Assembly (NCBI GenBank): GCA_964497155.1 | Contig: CAZCCB010000001.1 | Span: 32,766 to 96,765, forward strand | DNA length: 64,000 nucleotides | Source of the DNA: an uncultured Nitrososphaerota archaeon | GTDB lineage: Archaea > Thermoproteota > Methanomethylicia > Culexarchaeales > Culexmicrobiaceae | Direction: 5' to 3' | In this document: positions 28,084-38,019 of the stretch, piece by piece | Position numbering within the stretch: the stretch's first letter is position 1 | Layout of the letters: every line of letters begins with the position of its first letter | Notes under the pieces: generated by a model | The model's database searches: none | What the model was told of the DNA's origin: nothing | Seen by the model: the letters and a program-made list of their open reading frames with translations, nothing else | Program-made: the position numbers and the translations under genes

Positions 28084-30900
28084 TTACTCCCAAAATGGTC
28101 TTGTTCTCAAATATTCTTTCTCAGCTTCAAGTAAATCTAAATAAAATTCATCTTCATCTTCATGATATTTCCTAAGTATTCTGGCTGCAACTGTAGGTCC
28201 AATACCTCTAGCTGAAAGTGCAATAATGGCTTTCTTACCATAAGTCATAACTAATCCAACAGTTTTCCTAAGTTTCTCAAATTCCTCCATTTCACTTCTA
28301 CTTAACCTTCTTCTTTTCTTCCATTTCTTCAATATTTTGATTAAATTAGTTTTGCTTGGATGAGCCGCACCAATAGCTTTAGCACCGCATTTTGGGCATC
28401 TAATTTCATTTGGAATATACTTGATTTTTCTAATTGTATGCCAATTTCCACAGTAAACACATATCAGTAATACTTCCTTATCAAGTAGTCTAGCTTTCAT
28501 AATTTCAGTTAATGTTGCCAATGCTTTTTTGGGAGGGATTAAATCGTATGGTAATGCTACATTAAGTATATAGTATGCCAGTGTCGAGACTCCCTCTTTA
28601 ATAGATCCATCGTAAATTTCCACTTTAACTTCTCTATTCCTTATTTTCTCAAGATAGTTAAATAATCTATTGATATCGAAGTAGTCATGTAATGTTTCAT
28701 TAATGGCTTCTTCTTCAACGGGAGTTCCTTCAAGTAACCTTAATATTCTATTAATCTTACTTAATGGAGCTTCTTTAGATAATATTCCAAATCTTTTAGC
28801 TACATGATATAATTTCCATTTAAAAATTTCACTTGATTTTATTGCTTCATTAATTTCTCTCATCGTATTACATAGTTGCATTAATAGTTTTGATATTGAA
28901 TGAGCCTTAATTGCCTTAGGTAGGCTTATTAATACTCTATATGGGTCACTAAATACTCTAACGCTAGTTTTTAATCTCTTAGTTAGTTCATAGCCTAATA
29001 ATACTGCCAACGCCTTATTTACTCTAGTTCCAAGGCATGAATGAATTACAATTATATTTCCCAATCCCTCAATAACAACTCTATTATTTGTTGGTAATGG
29101 TATTCCGCATGAAATATGTTCTCCCAATTCCTTTAAGGCTTTATTTAATGCCCTACTAGTTAATGGATATGTTTCCGCTTTAATGGATCCATTAATTAAT
29201 TTCTCTCTTAATTCACCCACTTCTTGAGCAATTTCATATGGAACTGGAATTAATTCTCCAATCCAAGCTGGTATCGCTCCAATTTCATCTTCAACCTGAA
29301 CTACATAAACTCTGCAATCTCCTTCTGATATTGTAATAGTTTTCCACGTTCTTCCAGCTAATATGAATGGCTCCTTTTTAAATCCATGAATTGCAATAAA
29401 TTCTTCATCAAGACTTCCAATAGGTTTTCTTGAGGCAATGTCTATTACAATAAACTTCTTAATATCTGGAATTACCGATAAATTTTCGTAATAGTATTTC
29501 CATGAACCTCTTCTACATTTAACGATTTTACTTTCATTATTAACTTCAAATTTTAAAATTTTAATTTCAGCTAGTAATGATGCAACTTTCTCTAAATCAT
29601 TAATAGTTAAATTTCTATACGGATAGGCTCTTCTAAATACTTTCAATGCATAATTTAAATCTAATTTTCTTAAATCCATAGTTAATCCTACAAGTTGATG
29701 AGCTAAAACATCAAGTGACCTTTCATATATTTCAGTTTTCTCCAAATTTTTTTCAAGAGCTCTTCTTGCAATCACAGCTGATTCTAAAATATCATCAACA
29801 TTCGAGGCTAAAATTAACCCTCTAGATACTTCCCATAATTTATGTCCAGCTCTACCAATTCTCTGAATCATTTTTGTTACCTGTCTAGGGGACATATATT
29901 GAATAACATAATTTGCTGTTCCAATATCAAGCCCCAATTCTAATGACGATGTACAAACAAGCAGATTTAGCATTCCTTTCTTAAACATTTTTTCAGCTTC
30001 AATTCTCTCTTCTTTAGATAATGATCCATGATGAACCTTAATTTTTAAATTTGAATCTAAAAGTTTTAGTCTTGAAGCTAATGCTTCAGCCATCTCCCTA
30101 GTATTTGTAAATAGTAATGTTGGACCTTCTCTATTAGCGATTCTAATTATATATTTTAGCTTACTTATTGCTGATGATGAAATTTCAAATTTTTCAGCTA
30201 AAGTTTCATTTCCCTCTTCCTCTGCTACATCAACTATTATTTCAAATTTCTTTTCAGCTGAGACATTAATTATTTGAACATCACGATTTGTTCCAACCAA
30301 AAATTTACCGACAATTTCGGGTGAACCAATAGTTGCAGATAAGCCTATTCGTTGAAATTCCCTCTTAGTAATTTCCCTTAATCTTTCTAAGGCTAATGCT
30401 AATTGTACTCCTCTTTTATCCGAAGCTAATTCATGAATTTCATCTATAATAATCCATTTAATATTACGTAAATGTCCCCTTAACACTCTACCCGGAAGAA
30501 TTGCCTGTAAAGTTTCAGGTGTAGTTATTAGTATTTGTGGGGGCTTAATTGCCTGCAATCTTCTTATTCTTTGAGGTGTATCTCCATGCCTAATGGAGAC
30601 ATTAATATTTAATTCACTGGCTATTTTAACCATCCTTCTAAAAACATCCCTATTTAATGCTCTAAGTGGAGTTATATATAATGCGTAAATTCCCCCTTCA
30701 ATTTCCCTTTCAATAATTTTATTGAATATTGGAAATAATGCGGCTTCAGTTTTACCTGAACCAGTAGGTGCAATTAGAAGGACATTAAATCCTGCTAATA
30801 TATATGGAATACCCTTTTCCTGAGCTATTGTAGGCTTATCATATCCATACTTCCTAATTACACTCCTTAATTTCTGATTTAATTTTTCGAAAACATTCAT
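28084..30900 (-). CDS. lhr: Lhr-like large DEAD/DEAH-box ATP-dependent helicase with C-terminal zinc ribbon
   Basis: Walker A IAPTGSGKTEAA, motif II DEIHEL and a SAT-like motif. It is 938 aa long, with C-terminal CVYCGNW...CPKCG. Confidence 0.7.
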   Translation of the reverse strand: MNVFEKLNQKLRSVIRKYGYDKPTIAQEKGIPYILAGFNVLLIAPTGSGKTEAALFPIFNKIIEREIEGGIYALYITPLRALNRDVFRRMVKIASELNINVSIRHGDTPQRIRRLQAIKPPQILITTPETLQAILPGRVLRGHLRNIKWIIIDEIHELASDKRGVQLALALERLREITKREFQRIGLSATIGSPEIVGKFLVGTNRDVQIINVSAEKKFEIIVDVAEEEGNETLAEKFEISSSAISKLKYIIRIANREGPTLLFTNTREMAEALASRLKLLDSNLKIKVHHGSLSKEERIEAEKMFKKGMLNLLVCTSSLELGLDIGTANYVIQYMSPRQVTKMIQRIGRAGHKLWEVSRGLILASNVDDILESAVIARRALEKNLEKTEIYERSLDVLAHQLVGLTMDLRKLDLNYALKVFRRAYPYRNLTINDLEKVASLLAEIKILKFEVNNESKIVKCRRGSWKYYYENLSVIPDIKKFIVIDIASRKPIGSLDEEFIAIHGFKKEPFILAGRTWKTITISEGDCRVYVVQVEDEIGAIPAWIGELIPVPYEIAQEVGELREKLINGSIKAETYPLTSRALNKALKELGEHISCGIPLPTNNRVVIEGLGNIIVIHSCLGTRVNKALAVLLGYELTKRLKTSVRVFSDPYRVLISLPKAIKAHSISKLLMQLCNTMREINEAIKSSEIFKWKLYHVAKRFGILSKEAPLSKINRILRLLEGTPVEEEAINETLHDYFDINRLFNYLEKIRNREVKVEIYDGSIKEGVSTLAYYILNVALPYDLIPPKKALATLTEIMKARLLDKEVLLICVYCGNWHTIRKIKYIPNEIRCPKCGAKAIGAAHPSKTNLIKILKKWKKRRRLSRSEMEEFEKLRKTVGLVMTYGKKAIIALSARGIGPTVAARILRKYHEDEDEFYLDLLEAEKEYLRTRPFWE

Positions 30901-30902
30901 TC

Positions 30903-31091
30903 CTAAATCTTCCTCAAAAACTTCATTCTCTCCCTATGCATTCTAAGTTCTTTTCTTAAGAAATCCCTTAAAGCCATTCTTATAATTTCACTTCTAGATG
31001 GATAAACCTTAATTTTAACTAATTCATCCATTATTTCAATATATGTCTCTGGTAATCTGACGCTTATGACCTTCAATTCACCATGCACCAA
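30903..31091 (-). CDS. ribbon-helix-helix (CopG/Arc/MetJ-like) DNA-binding protein
   Basis: ISVRLPETYIEIMDELVK...SRSEIIRMALRDFL is a typical RHH fold pattern. It is immediately upstream of, and likely co-transcribed with, the helicase. Confidence 0.6.
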   Translation of the reverse strand: MVHGELKVISVRLPETYIEIMDELVKIKVYPSRSEIIRMALRDFLRKELRMHRERMKFLRKI

Positions 31092-31178
31092 AATAAAACT
31101 ATATTATCGCCTAATTAATCTAATCTTCGGTTTAGTTTCATGAAATTTAAATTACTAAAACCAAATAATTTAATCTAG

Positions 31179-31958
31179 GTGAAGTATTTGGGAAAAATTT
31201 CGGTATCTAGAGTTAAAACTGGTATCCCAATTCTCGATAAGGCATTACCATTAGGTATTCCTAGAAATAATATGATTATGATTTTAGGTGAAGGTGGAAC
31301 AGGTAAATCAGTATTCATATTACAATTAATGTATGAAAGATTGAGGAGAAATGAACCATGTATTTTCATGTGTTTTGATGATGCACCAATAGCTATTGAG
31401 CAAAATGCAATGGGTTTCAATTGGAATTTAAGAGAATATGCGGATAAAGGATTATTAAGATTTATTGATTGCTATTCATTTAGAATGAAGCCGGATAAAA
31501 CTAGAATTCCCAAACATATAGTTTACATTGATAATCCAAGAGATTTACATCAATTAACACAAAGATTCACCGGTCTTATGGATGAAATGAATATGAATAA
31601 TGCCGGAGCTGTTTTCATAGATTCATTAACAGAATTAATGTCAATAACTGAATCTGCAATTGCATTAGAAACAATTAAGACTTGGAGAGCTGAAGCAGCT
31701 AAGGAAAGATTAGTAACTGTATTTGCAACATTTCATTTCGGAATTAAACCATTTGATGATTTAGAGCAAATACTTGAATATGTAGTTGATGGAATCATAG
31801 ATTTAAGATATGACCCTACGTTAATGCAAAAGGGTATTTTAATTAAACAATTTAGAGTTAGAAAGATGAAAGGAGCTCCACATCAAACAACATGGTTTAC
31901 ATTTACAGTTACAAATAATGGAATAGAAGAATTAACAATTAAATATGAGAAATCATAA
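31179..31958 (+). CDS. KaiC-like RecA-superfamily ATPase (single domain; FlaH/RadA-paralog-like)
   Basis: GIPILDKALPLGIPRNNMIMILGEGGTGKS Walker A in a KaiC/RadA-paralog context. 259 aa. Confidence 0.65.
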   Translation: MKYLGKISVSRVKTGIPILDKALPLGIPRNNMIMILGEGGTGKSVFILQLMYERLRRNEPCIFMCFDDAPIAIEQNAMGFNWNLREYADKGLLRFIDCYSFRMKPDKTRIPKHIVYIDNPRDLHQLTQRFTGLMDEMNMNNAGAVFIDSLTELMSITESAIALETIKTWRAEAAKERLVTVFATFHFGIKPFDDLEQILEYVVDGIIDLRYDPTLMQKGILIKQFRVRKMKGAPHQTTWFTFTVTNNGIEELTIKYEKS

Positions 31959-31961
31959 TTT

Positions 31962-32720
31962 CTAATATCTCACGGCATCTTTCCATAAATAGTTAAAGTA
32001 TATTCTTGCAAGCTTAACTAATTCACTATGATTAGACCATATTGCAATCAAGCTATTATCTTCTCCACCAAGTATAATTAATGCTTCCCGCTCATCAATA
32101 ATTAATCCTCCACCAAACATTTTCTCCCTAAACCTAACTTCAATTCCATAATTAACCAAGTCATTAAAACTTTCTCTTTGATCAATATTAACTAAAACTT
32201 TAATACTAATTCCTTTAAGGGCATAACTGAATAATCTATCTCTAATTAATCCATATATTAATTTAGATTTAAATGGAATTGCAACCTCAATTTCACTATT
32301 AACTCTATCTAAACTTTTTAAAACCCTATTTATAATTGAAGTAGCACCTCTCAAAATAATTACTTCAGGTTTTTCTTGAACGTAAATTCTATCATAAATT
32401 GGTTGAAGTTCATCAATCAAATTTCTCCCTAATTCACTAAATTCTCTTTCAATTTTACTCAATGATTTCTTTATACTTTCAATTGGAGGTTTTGCAAAAT
32501 ATTTTTTAGGCTTTCCTCCTTCAACATTAATCCAACCCTTCTCTCTAAGTTTAGATAATGCTTCATAAATTTTCGAATATGGTATCATCGCAATAGCACT
32601 TAATTCATTTGCAGTTAATGGTCCATATTCAATAAGTGCAATGTATGCTTTCGCCTCATAATTGCTTAAACCTAATTTTCTAAGTTTAATTAGAATTTCA
32701 TTTGAACTCATACAAATCAC
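31962..32720 (-). CDS. TrmB-family transcriptional regulator
   Basis: N-terminal wHTH LGLSNYEAKAYIALIEYGPLTANELSAIAMIPYSKIYEALSKLREKGWI is the classic TrmB signature. Confidence 0.8.
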   Translation of the reverse strand: MICMSSNEILIKLRKLGLSNYEAKAYIALIEYGPLTANELSAIAMIPYSKIYEALSKLREKGWINVEGGKPKKYFAKPPIESIKKSLSKIEREFSELGRNLIDELQPIYDRIYVQEKPEVIILRGATSIINRVLKSLDRVNSEIEVAIPFKSKLIYGLIRDRLFSYALKGISIKVLVNIDQRESFNDLVNYGIEVRFREKMFGGGLIIDEREALIILGGEDNSLIAIWSNHSELVKLARIYFNYLWKDAVRY

Positions 32721-32799
32721 CGGATGAATTGTTGGATTAACTTGAAATATACTTAGTTAAGTTAAATTTATAATGCTTACTATTAAAGGGTGATGCAAA

Positions 32800-35742
32800 T
32801 TGCAGGTGCTAAGAAAAACTAAAAGTTTATGCCCTAAATGTCTAAAAGTTATTGATGCAGAAGTATTCGTTGATGATAATAATGTTGTTAAAATAAGAAA
32901 AACATGTCCAGATCATGGTTATTTTGAAGACACCTATACTTTTTCAGATTATGAACTATATAAATGGGCCGAAAAATACGCTCACGATGGAAATGGAATT
33001 GAAAATCCATTAACAAAGGAAGTTAATGGATGCCCATTCGACTGCGGAATATGTCCAAATCATAAATCACATACAGTACTAGCCATAATTGATGTCACAA
33101 ATAGGTGCAATATGAAGTGCCCAGTATGTGTATCTGGGGACGAAATATTATTAGTCAAAAATTCACGTGAAGGTAAGTTTTTAACCTTAGAAGAAATTGC
33201 TACTTATGCTTTTAATACGATAAAGCCGATACCTCTATGTCCAAATGTCGACTATGTAAATGTTTTCCATCTCTCCATAATGGTTCCCATAGTAGAGGCA
33301 AATGGGAGAATTAAGTGGTCAAGGATAGTGAAAATTTACCGCAAAAGAAATGTTCCAAAACTACTGGAAATAGAAACCAATAGTGGTCGACGAATAAAGG
33401 TGACACATGATCATCCACTAATAATATTTAGGAATAATTGTATGCAAAAAATTCTTGCTAGAGAGTTAAAATTAGGAGATTACGTTTGCATAGCAGGTAA
33501 AATAGACTTAGGAGAGAGGAAACAAGTTAAAGAACTCGATATTCTCAAGCTTTTAGAGAAAGCCCCCTTGGAAGAACTTAATCAGGTTTATGTTAGAAAT
33601 CTCGGTTCATACTTAAAGTGGCTGAGGAGAAGTGTAGGAACTTACAAGAGAATTAGTGAAATTGCTGGGATAAATGTTTGGAATTATTGGTGGAGCACTA
33701 AAGGTTACATGCCATTAATTCACTTCTACAAATTAATTAGGAAATTTGGTTTACCATTAGAGTTTAAAAGAGAAATTAGGATAGGTGTGAAAGGCAAGAG
33801 ATATAATCTACCTGCGATACTACCAATAACAAGGGATTTTGCCCGCTTCCTAGCTCTATTTGTAGCTGAGGGTCACTTAGAGTATGTCCCTAAGCAAGCT
33901 TATAACGTAGTTATAACTGCAAAAGACGTTGAAGAAGTGCTTTCAATTCTTAAAAGGATAGGGCTTGACGCAAAAGTAGTGGATTACTCTAAGTATGGGA
34001 AAAGGCATAAAACTCCTCAAATAAAGGTATCAAATAAAATTTTAACCTTAGTTTTCCTCTATGGATTAAAGCTTGGGAGAACTGCAAGTGAAAAAAGATT
34101 GCCAAGCTTCACTCCATCATTGCCGATGGATATCATAAAGACAATTCTCTCCGAGTTATTTGACAGAGATGGATCAGTAACTCGAACTTCACGTCGTACT
34201 TGTGTAATCTATAAAACGACATCACGAATTCTTCTACAGCAACTACAATACCTGCTATCCATTTTCGGAATTTTCTCAAGAACTTACACTTCTTATTCCT
34301 CAAATAATCCGTTGGCAAAGCATGACGCCTATGAACTACAAATATCAACTAAGCCAGAGATCGAAAAACTCTTACGCTTGCTATGTAGTGAATCGAAAAC
34401 TGTCAAGAAGCTTAGAAAGCTACTCCCAAGTAAAGGTAAAACGACTTTTGAAAAACAGAGCGATATTATCTTAGATCGCGTGAAAAATATTAGGGAAATT
34501 GAGAATCTATCCAATACCGTCTACGATCTAGAAGTTCAACACTCCTCACATAACTTCCTCGTTGGAACAATTTTCGTTGGAAATTGCTTCGCTAATGCTG
34601 CAACTACAGGGTACGTATATGAGCCTTCATTAGAGCAAATTAGGAAAATGCTGATCACACTTAGATCAATAAAGCCAGTACCACCACCAGCAATACAGTT
34701 TAGCGGTGGAGAGCCAACTGTACGTAAGGACTTACCTGAAATAGTTAGGATGGCTAAGGAGGTTGGATTTGATCATGTTGAAGTTGATACTAATGGATTA
34801 GTTTTAGCTGAAAATATTGACTATTACAAAGCACTCCTAGATGCTGGAATGAGCACTATCTATTTGCAATTTGATGGATTAACTGACGATATTTACATTA
34901 AACTTAGAGGAATGCCATTAATGAAGAAGAAACTTAAGGTAATTGAAAATGCTAGAAAACTTGGTCATGAAAGTATAGTATTAGTAGTAACTTTAAGTAA
35001 AGGTGTAAATGATCATCAAATGGGAGACATAATTAAATTCGCAATGGAAAATTCAGATGTAATTAGATGTGTAAATGTTCAACCAATATCATTTAGTGGC
35101 AGAGCAACTCAACTTGAAAGACAACAATTACGAATTAATACGAGTGACTTTATGAAGCTAGTTGAAGAACAAACTAATGGATTAATAACTAGATGGGATT
35201 TCAGACCAGTACCATCAGTAGTCCCAATATCGAGAGCTGTAGGAGCACTTAAAGGAAAACGATATGTAGAATTTACTACAAGTCCCTTCTGTGGAGTAGC
35301 AACATTCTTAGTTAAAACAGATAAGGGTGAATGGGTTCCAATAACTAGGCTAGCTGATGTAGATAAATTCTTCAATGCAATGGAGAAAATTTATGAAGAT
35401 GCAATTAGAGGGAGAAAAGCTAGAGCATATATGAGAGCTATAGCAGCATTAAGGTACGTTAAATTTGGATTATTAAAAGATCTTGTATGGCCAGTAATTA
35501 AAGAGGGAAGCTATAAGGCGCTGGGAAGATTCATGAGAAGAGTAATTATGATCGGATGCATGCACTTCATGGATGTATGGAACTTCGATTTACAAAGAGT
35601 ACAAAGATGCGTAATACACTATGCACTTCCAGATGGAACTGTTAGACCATTCTGTTCACATAACAATATACATAGAGAACTAATAGAGAAAAAATTCAGC
35701 ATACCCTATGAAGAATGGCGAAGAATGGCAACATCTAAATAA
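32800..35742 (+). CDS. intein-containing radical SAM protein, COG1964-like; probable tetraether lipid synthase (Tes/GDGT-MAS) homolog
   Basis: N-terminal rubredoxin-like Cys pairs (CPKC...CPDHG) and CPFDCGICPNH. Radical SAM motif CNMKCPV-C is interrupted after CPV by an intein. After the intein the extein resumes CFANAAT...QFSGGEPT...VDTNG. The spliced product would be about 494 aa. Confidence 0.6.
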   Translation: MQVLRKTKSLCPKCLKVIDAEVFVDDNNVVKIRKTCPDHGYFEDTYTFSDYELYKWAEKYAHDGNGIENPLTKEVNGCPFDCGICPNHKSHTVLAIIDVTNRCNMKCPVCVSGDEILLVKNSREGKFLTLEEIATYAFNTIKPIPLCPNVDYVNVFHLSIMVPIVEANGRIKWSRIVKIYRKRNVPKLLEIETNSGRRIKVTHDHPLIIFRNNCMQKILARELKLGDYVCIAGKIDLGERKQVKELDILKLLEKAPLEELNQVYVRNLGSYLKWLRRSVGTYKRISEIAGINVWNYWWSTKGYMPLIHFYKLIRKFGLPLEFKREIRIGVKGKRYNLPAILPITRDFARFLALFVAEGHLEYVPKQAYNVVITAKDVEEVLSILKRIGLDAKVVDYSKYGKRHKTPQIKVSNKILTLVFLYGLKLGRTASEKRLPSFTPSLPMDIIKTILSELFDRDGSVTRTSRRTCVIYKTTSRILLQQLQYLLSIFGIFSRTYTSYSSNNPLAKHDAYELQISTKPEIEKLLRLLCSESKTVKKLRKLLPSKGKTTFEKQSDIILDRVKNIREIENLSNTVYDLEVQHSSHNFLVGTIFVGNCFANAATTGYVYEPSLEQIRKMLITLRSIKPVPPPAIQFSGGEPTVRKDLPEIVRMAKEVGFDHVEVDTNGLVLAENIDYYKALLDAGMSTIYLQFDGLTDDIYIKLRGMPLMKKKLKVIENARKLGHESIVLVVTLSKGVNDHQMGDIIKFAMENSDVIRCVNVQPISFSGRATQLERQQLRINTSDFMKLVEEQTNGLITRWDFRPVPSVVPISRAVGALKGKRYVEFTTSPFCGVATFLVKTDKGEWVPITRLADVDKFFNAMEKIYEDAIRGRKARAYMRAIAALRYVKFGLLKDLVWPVIKEGSYKALGRFMRRVIMIGCMHFMDVWNFDLQRVQRCVIHYALPDGTVRPFCSHNNIHRELIEKKFSIPYEEWRRMATSK
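33127..34584 (+). mobile_element. intein with LAGLIDADG homing endonuclease domain
   Basis: Block A CVSGDEILLVKN at the start. Two LAGLIDADG motifs (LALFVAEGHL, LSELFDRDGSV). Block F VYDLEVQHSSHNFLV and block G GTIFVGN followed by extein Cys+1. 486 aa, inserted in frame. Confidence 0.8.
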
Positions 35743-36196
35743 TAATCTCCTTCAATTTTATTCGGGGGCAATTTTGGTAACCGAAATTAGAGAATTTAAA
35801 TCTGTAAATGAACTCATAGACCACATAAATCATGAAATTAATAACATTACAGTAACAATAGAAAGCTATATGAAGAAAATTAATGAAATTAAAGATAAAA
35901 TTGAGAAGCTAAATAAAATATCAGATTATTTAACTAAAGTTTTAGGTAAAAGACCTGAAACAATTTCTCCTCAAGAAGTTAATTTTATGGGGCTAAAAAT
36001 TATAATAAATCCATCTCTCAAACATGAATTAGAAGTTTTTGAAGATATAATTAAAAAGTTAAATGATAAATTAATAGCACTACAAAAAATAAGAAAAGCA
36101 ATTGAATCTCTAGGATTAAGTGAATATGAAGAATTAGAATTAAAAGTTGTCATTATTGATGAATTACCCGTAAAATTAATGATTAAATTGGAGTGA
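35708..36196 (+). CDS. coiled-coil hypothetical protein at the head of the pilus-like locus
   Basis: 162-aa ORF overlapping the 3' end of the radical SAM gene by 35 nt and strongly alpha-helical/coiled-coil. The true start may be the internal Met MKKINEI. Confidence 0.35.
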   Translation: MKNGEEWQHLNNNLLQFYSGAILVTEIREFKSVNELIDHINHEINNITVTIESYMKKINEIKDKIEKLNKISDYLTKVLGKRPETISPQEVNFMGLKIIINPSLKHELEVFEDIIKKLNDKLIALQKIRKAIESLGLSEYEELELKVVIIDELPVKLMIKLE

Positions 36197-36213
36197 TAAT
36201 ATATGATACTTGA

Positions 36214-38019
36214 GTGGTGTTTAAATTGGGCTTCTCAGATTTTGCCTATAAATATTTCTTCGGTATTGGTAGAATCATACTTAAACTTCGTTCTTCACTT
36301 CCAGATGAAATTAGAAAAGCTGGAATGAATATTCACTATGAAGTTTATGCTTCGATAATTGGTTTCGTAATCTTTGTTCTACTAATTATTTTTTCTTCCT
36401 CTATCTCATTAATAGTTTACATTTACATAATGTATTTCAATTTCATACCATTAAATAAAGTTATATTATTAAGCTTAATGTTTACGGTGATATTAGTTCT
36501 CGTAATTTCAATAAGCACTATTTATCCTAAACTACTCGCAGCTAATAGAGTTTCTGCATATGATCAAGAAATTCCATATGCTGTGGCATATCTAAGTATA
36601 ATGACCTCTGGAGGTATGTCCCCCTATATTGCTATTGAGAGATTGGGTTTTGCTAAAATAGTCTTTAAAAAGTTTTCCCAGCTTGCAATGAGATTTACAG
36701 TTATGGTTAGAGCTATTGGATGGGATCCATTAACTGCACTCGAAGATATTGCACATAGAAATCCAAGCGGACTTTTCCATGATTTGGTTATGGGTTTCAT
36801 TGCAACATTAAGAGCTGGAGGTGATATTGCGGATTACTTAAATAAGAAGTCTAGAGATTTATTCAATATTCTCATTAATAAAATTAAGTCAGCTGGAGAA
36901 AGAATGAGCGTTATACTCGAATCATATTTAGCTGTAGCTTTCATATTGCTATTAACTCTAAACGCAATATATCTCGTAAGCTTATCAATTTCAGGACTAA
37001 GCTTACCTGGAATGAATGAAGCAACATTGTTTATCTCGTCATATATACTATTACCCTTCATGTCTGGATTAATGCTCTATTTATCAGATATAGTTCAGTA
37101 TAAGGAGCCTGGAATTGAATTAAGTCCATATAAAGTCTATTTAATGGTATCAATACCTATAATGATAATTCTAACACTATTCTTTGTTGCACCTTCCTTC
37201 TTGCCATTTAACCATCCAATAATCAGATATACAATGTATCTTTATGAACCATTGAAGATAATATTAAGTAAATTTAATATAAATGAAATTTATGTTCCTG
37301 GAATTGGTTTAAGTATTTCATTAGCAATCTCAACTATTCCTGCAGCAATTTCTGAACATGTTGTATGTGGAAAGCAGCGTAAAATTGCTAATGGAATAAT
37401 TAGATTTCTGAGGGATCTTGTTGAAATTAGAAAGACGGGACTATCACCTGAGAAATGCATAATTTCTCTTTCTAAAAGAGATTATGGAGTTTTCTCTAAG
37501 TATTTAAGGGAGATGGCTGTTCAAATTTCACTTGGATTTTCACTATCTAAAATTTATTCCAGAATTATTAGAAAAATTAAAGCTTGGAGAGCAAGAGTTT
37601 TCTTATACATTTTAACTGAGGCTATTGAAGTTGGCGGAGGTACTCCTGAAACATTAGAGAATATTGCTCATTTCGCGGAGCTTACTCAAGAATTGGAGCG
37701 TGAAAGAGCTTCAGCAATTAAAACTTTAATTATAATCCCATATTTAGGTGCAATAGTTATTGTTAGTTCAATAATTCTATTAACCTCATTTATGGCTACA
37801 CTTGCTACTGGTGTTTCAGCATATGTTATTGCTGCAAAAATGGTTATTCCAGCGGCAATAATTAATGTTTACTTTATGGGTCTAGTTGCTGGTAAAATAT
37901 CTACAGGTACTGTTTCAGCAGGCTTTAAGCATGCATCCTTACTATGTCTAATTTCACTATTAACTATGTTTTCATCACCATATTTAGCAACTATGATGAG
38001 GGGGATAACTGGTGGTTAA
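36214..38019 (+). CDS. TadC/FlaJ-like polytopic membrane protein of a type IV filament system (two T2SS-F domains)
   Basis: 601 aa with two repeats resembling T2SS protein F domains (AYDQEIPYAVAYLSIMTSGGMSPYIAIERL; ...ILTEAIEVGGGTPETLENIAHFAE), each followed by TM helices. Confidence 0.7.
   Translation: MVFKLGFSDFAYKYFFGIGRIILKLRSSLPDEIRKAGMNIHYEVYASIIGFVIFVLLIIFSSSISLIVYIYIMYFNFIPLNKVILLSLMFTVILVLVISISTIYPKLLAANRVSAYDQEIPYAVAYLSIMTSGGMSPYIAIERLGFAKIVFKKFSQLAMRFTVMVRAIGWDPLTALEDIAHRNPSGLFHDLVMGFIATLRAGGDIADYLNKKSRDLFNILINKIKSAGERMSVILESYLAVAFILLLTLNAIYLVSLSISGLSLPGMNEATLFISSYILLPFMSGLMLYLSDIVQYKEPGIELSPYKVYLMVSIPIMIILTLFFVAPSFLPFNHPIIRYTMYLYEPLKIILSKFNINEIYVPGIGLSISLAISTIPAAISEHVVCGKQRKIANGIIRFLRDLVEIRKTGLSPEKCIISLSKRDYGVFSKYLREMAVQISLGFSLSKIYSRIIRKIKAWRARVFLYILTEAIEVGGGTPETLENIAHFAELTQELERERASAIKTLIIIPYLGAIVIVSSIILLTSFMATLATGVSAYVIAAKMVIPAAIINVYFMGLVAGKISTGTVSAGFKHASLLCLISLLTMFSSPYLATMMRGITGG

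Noticed and set aside
35971-36153. 60-aa minus ORF inside the coiled-coil gene.
   Set aside because: Antisense within a plus-strand operon and short, with no features.
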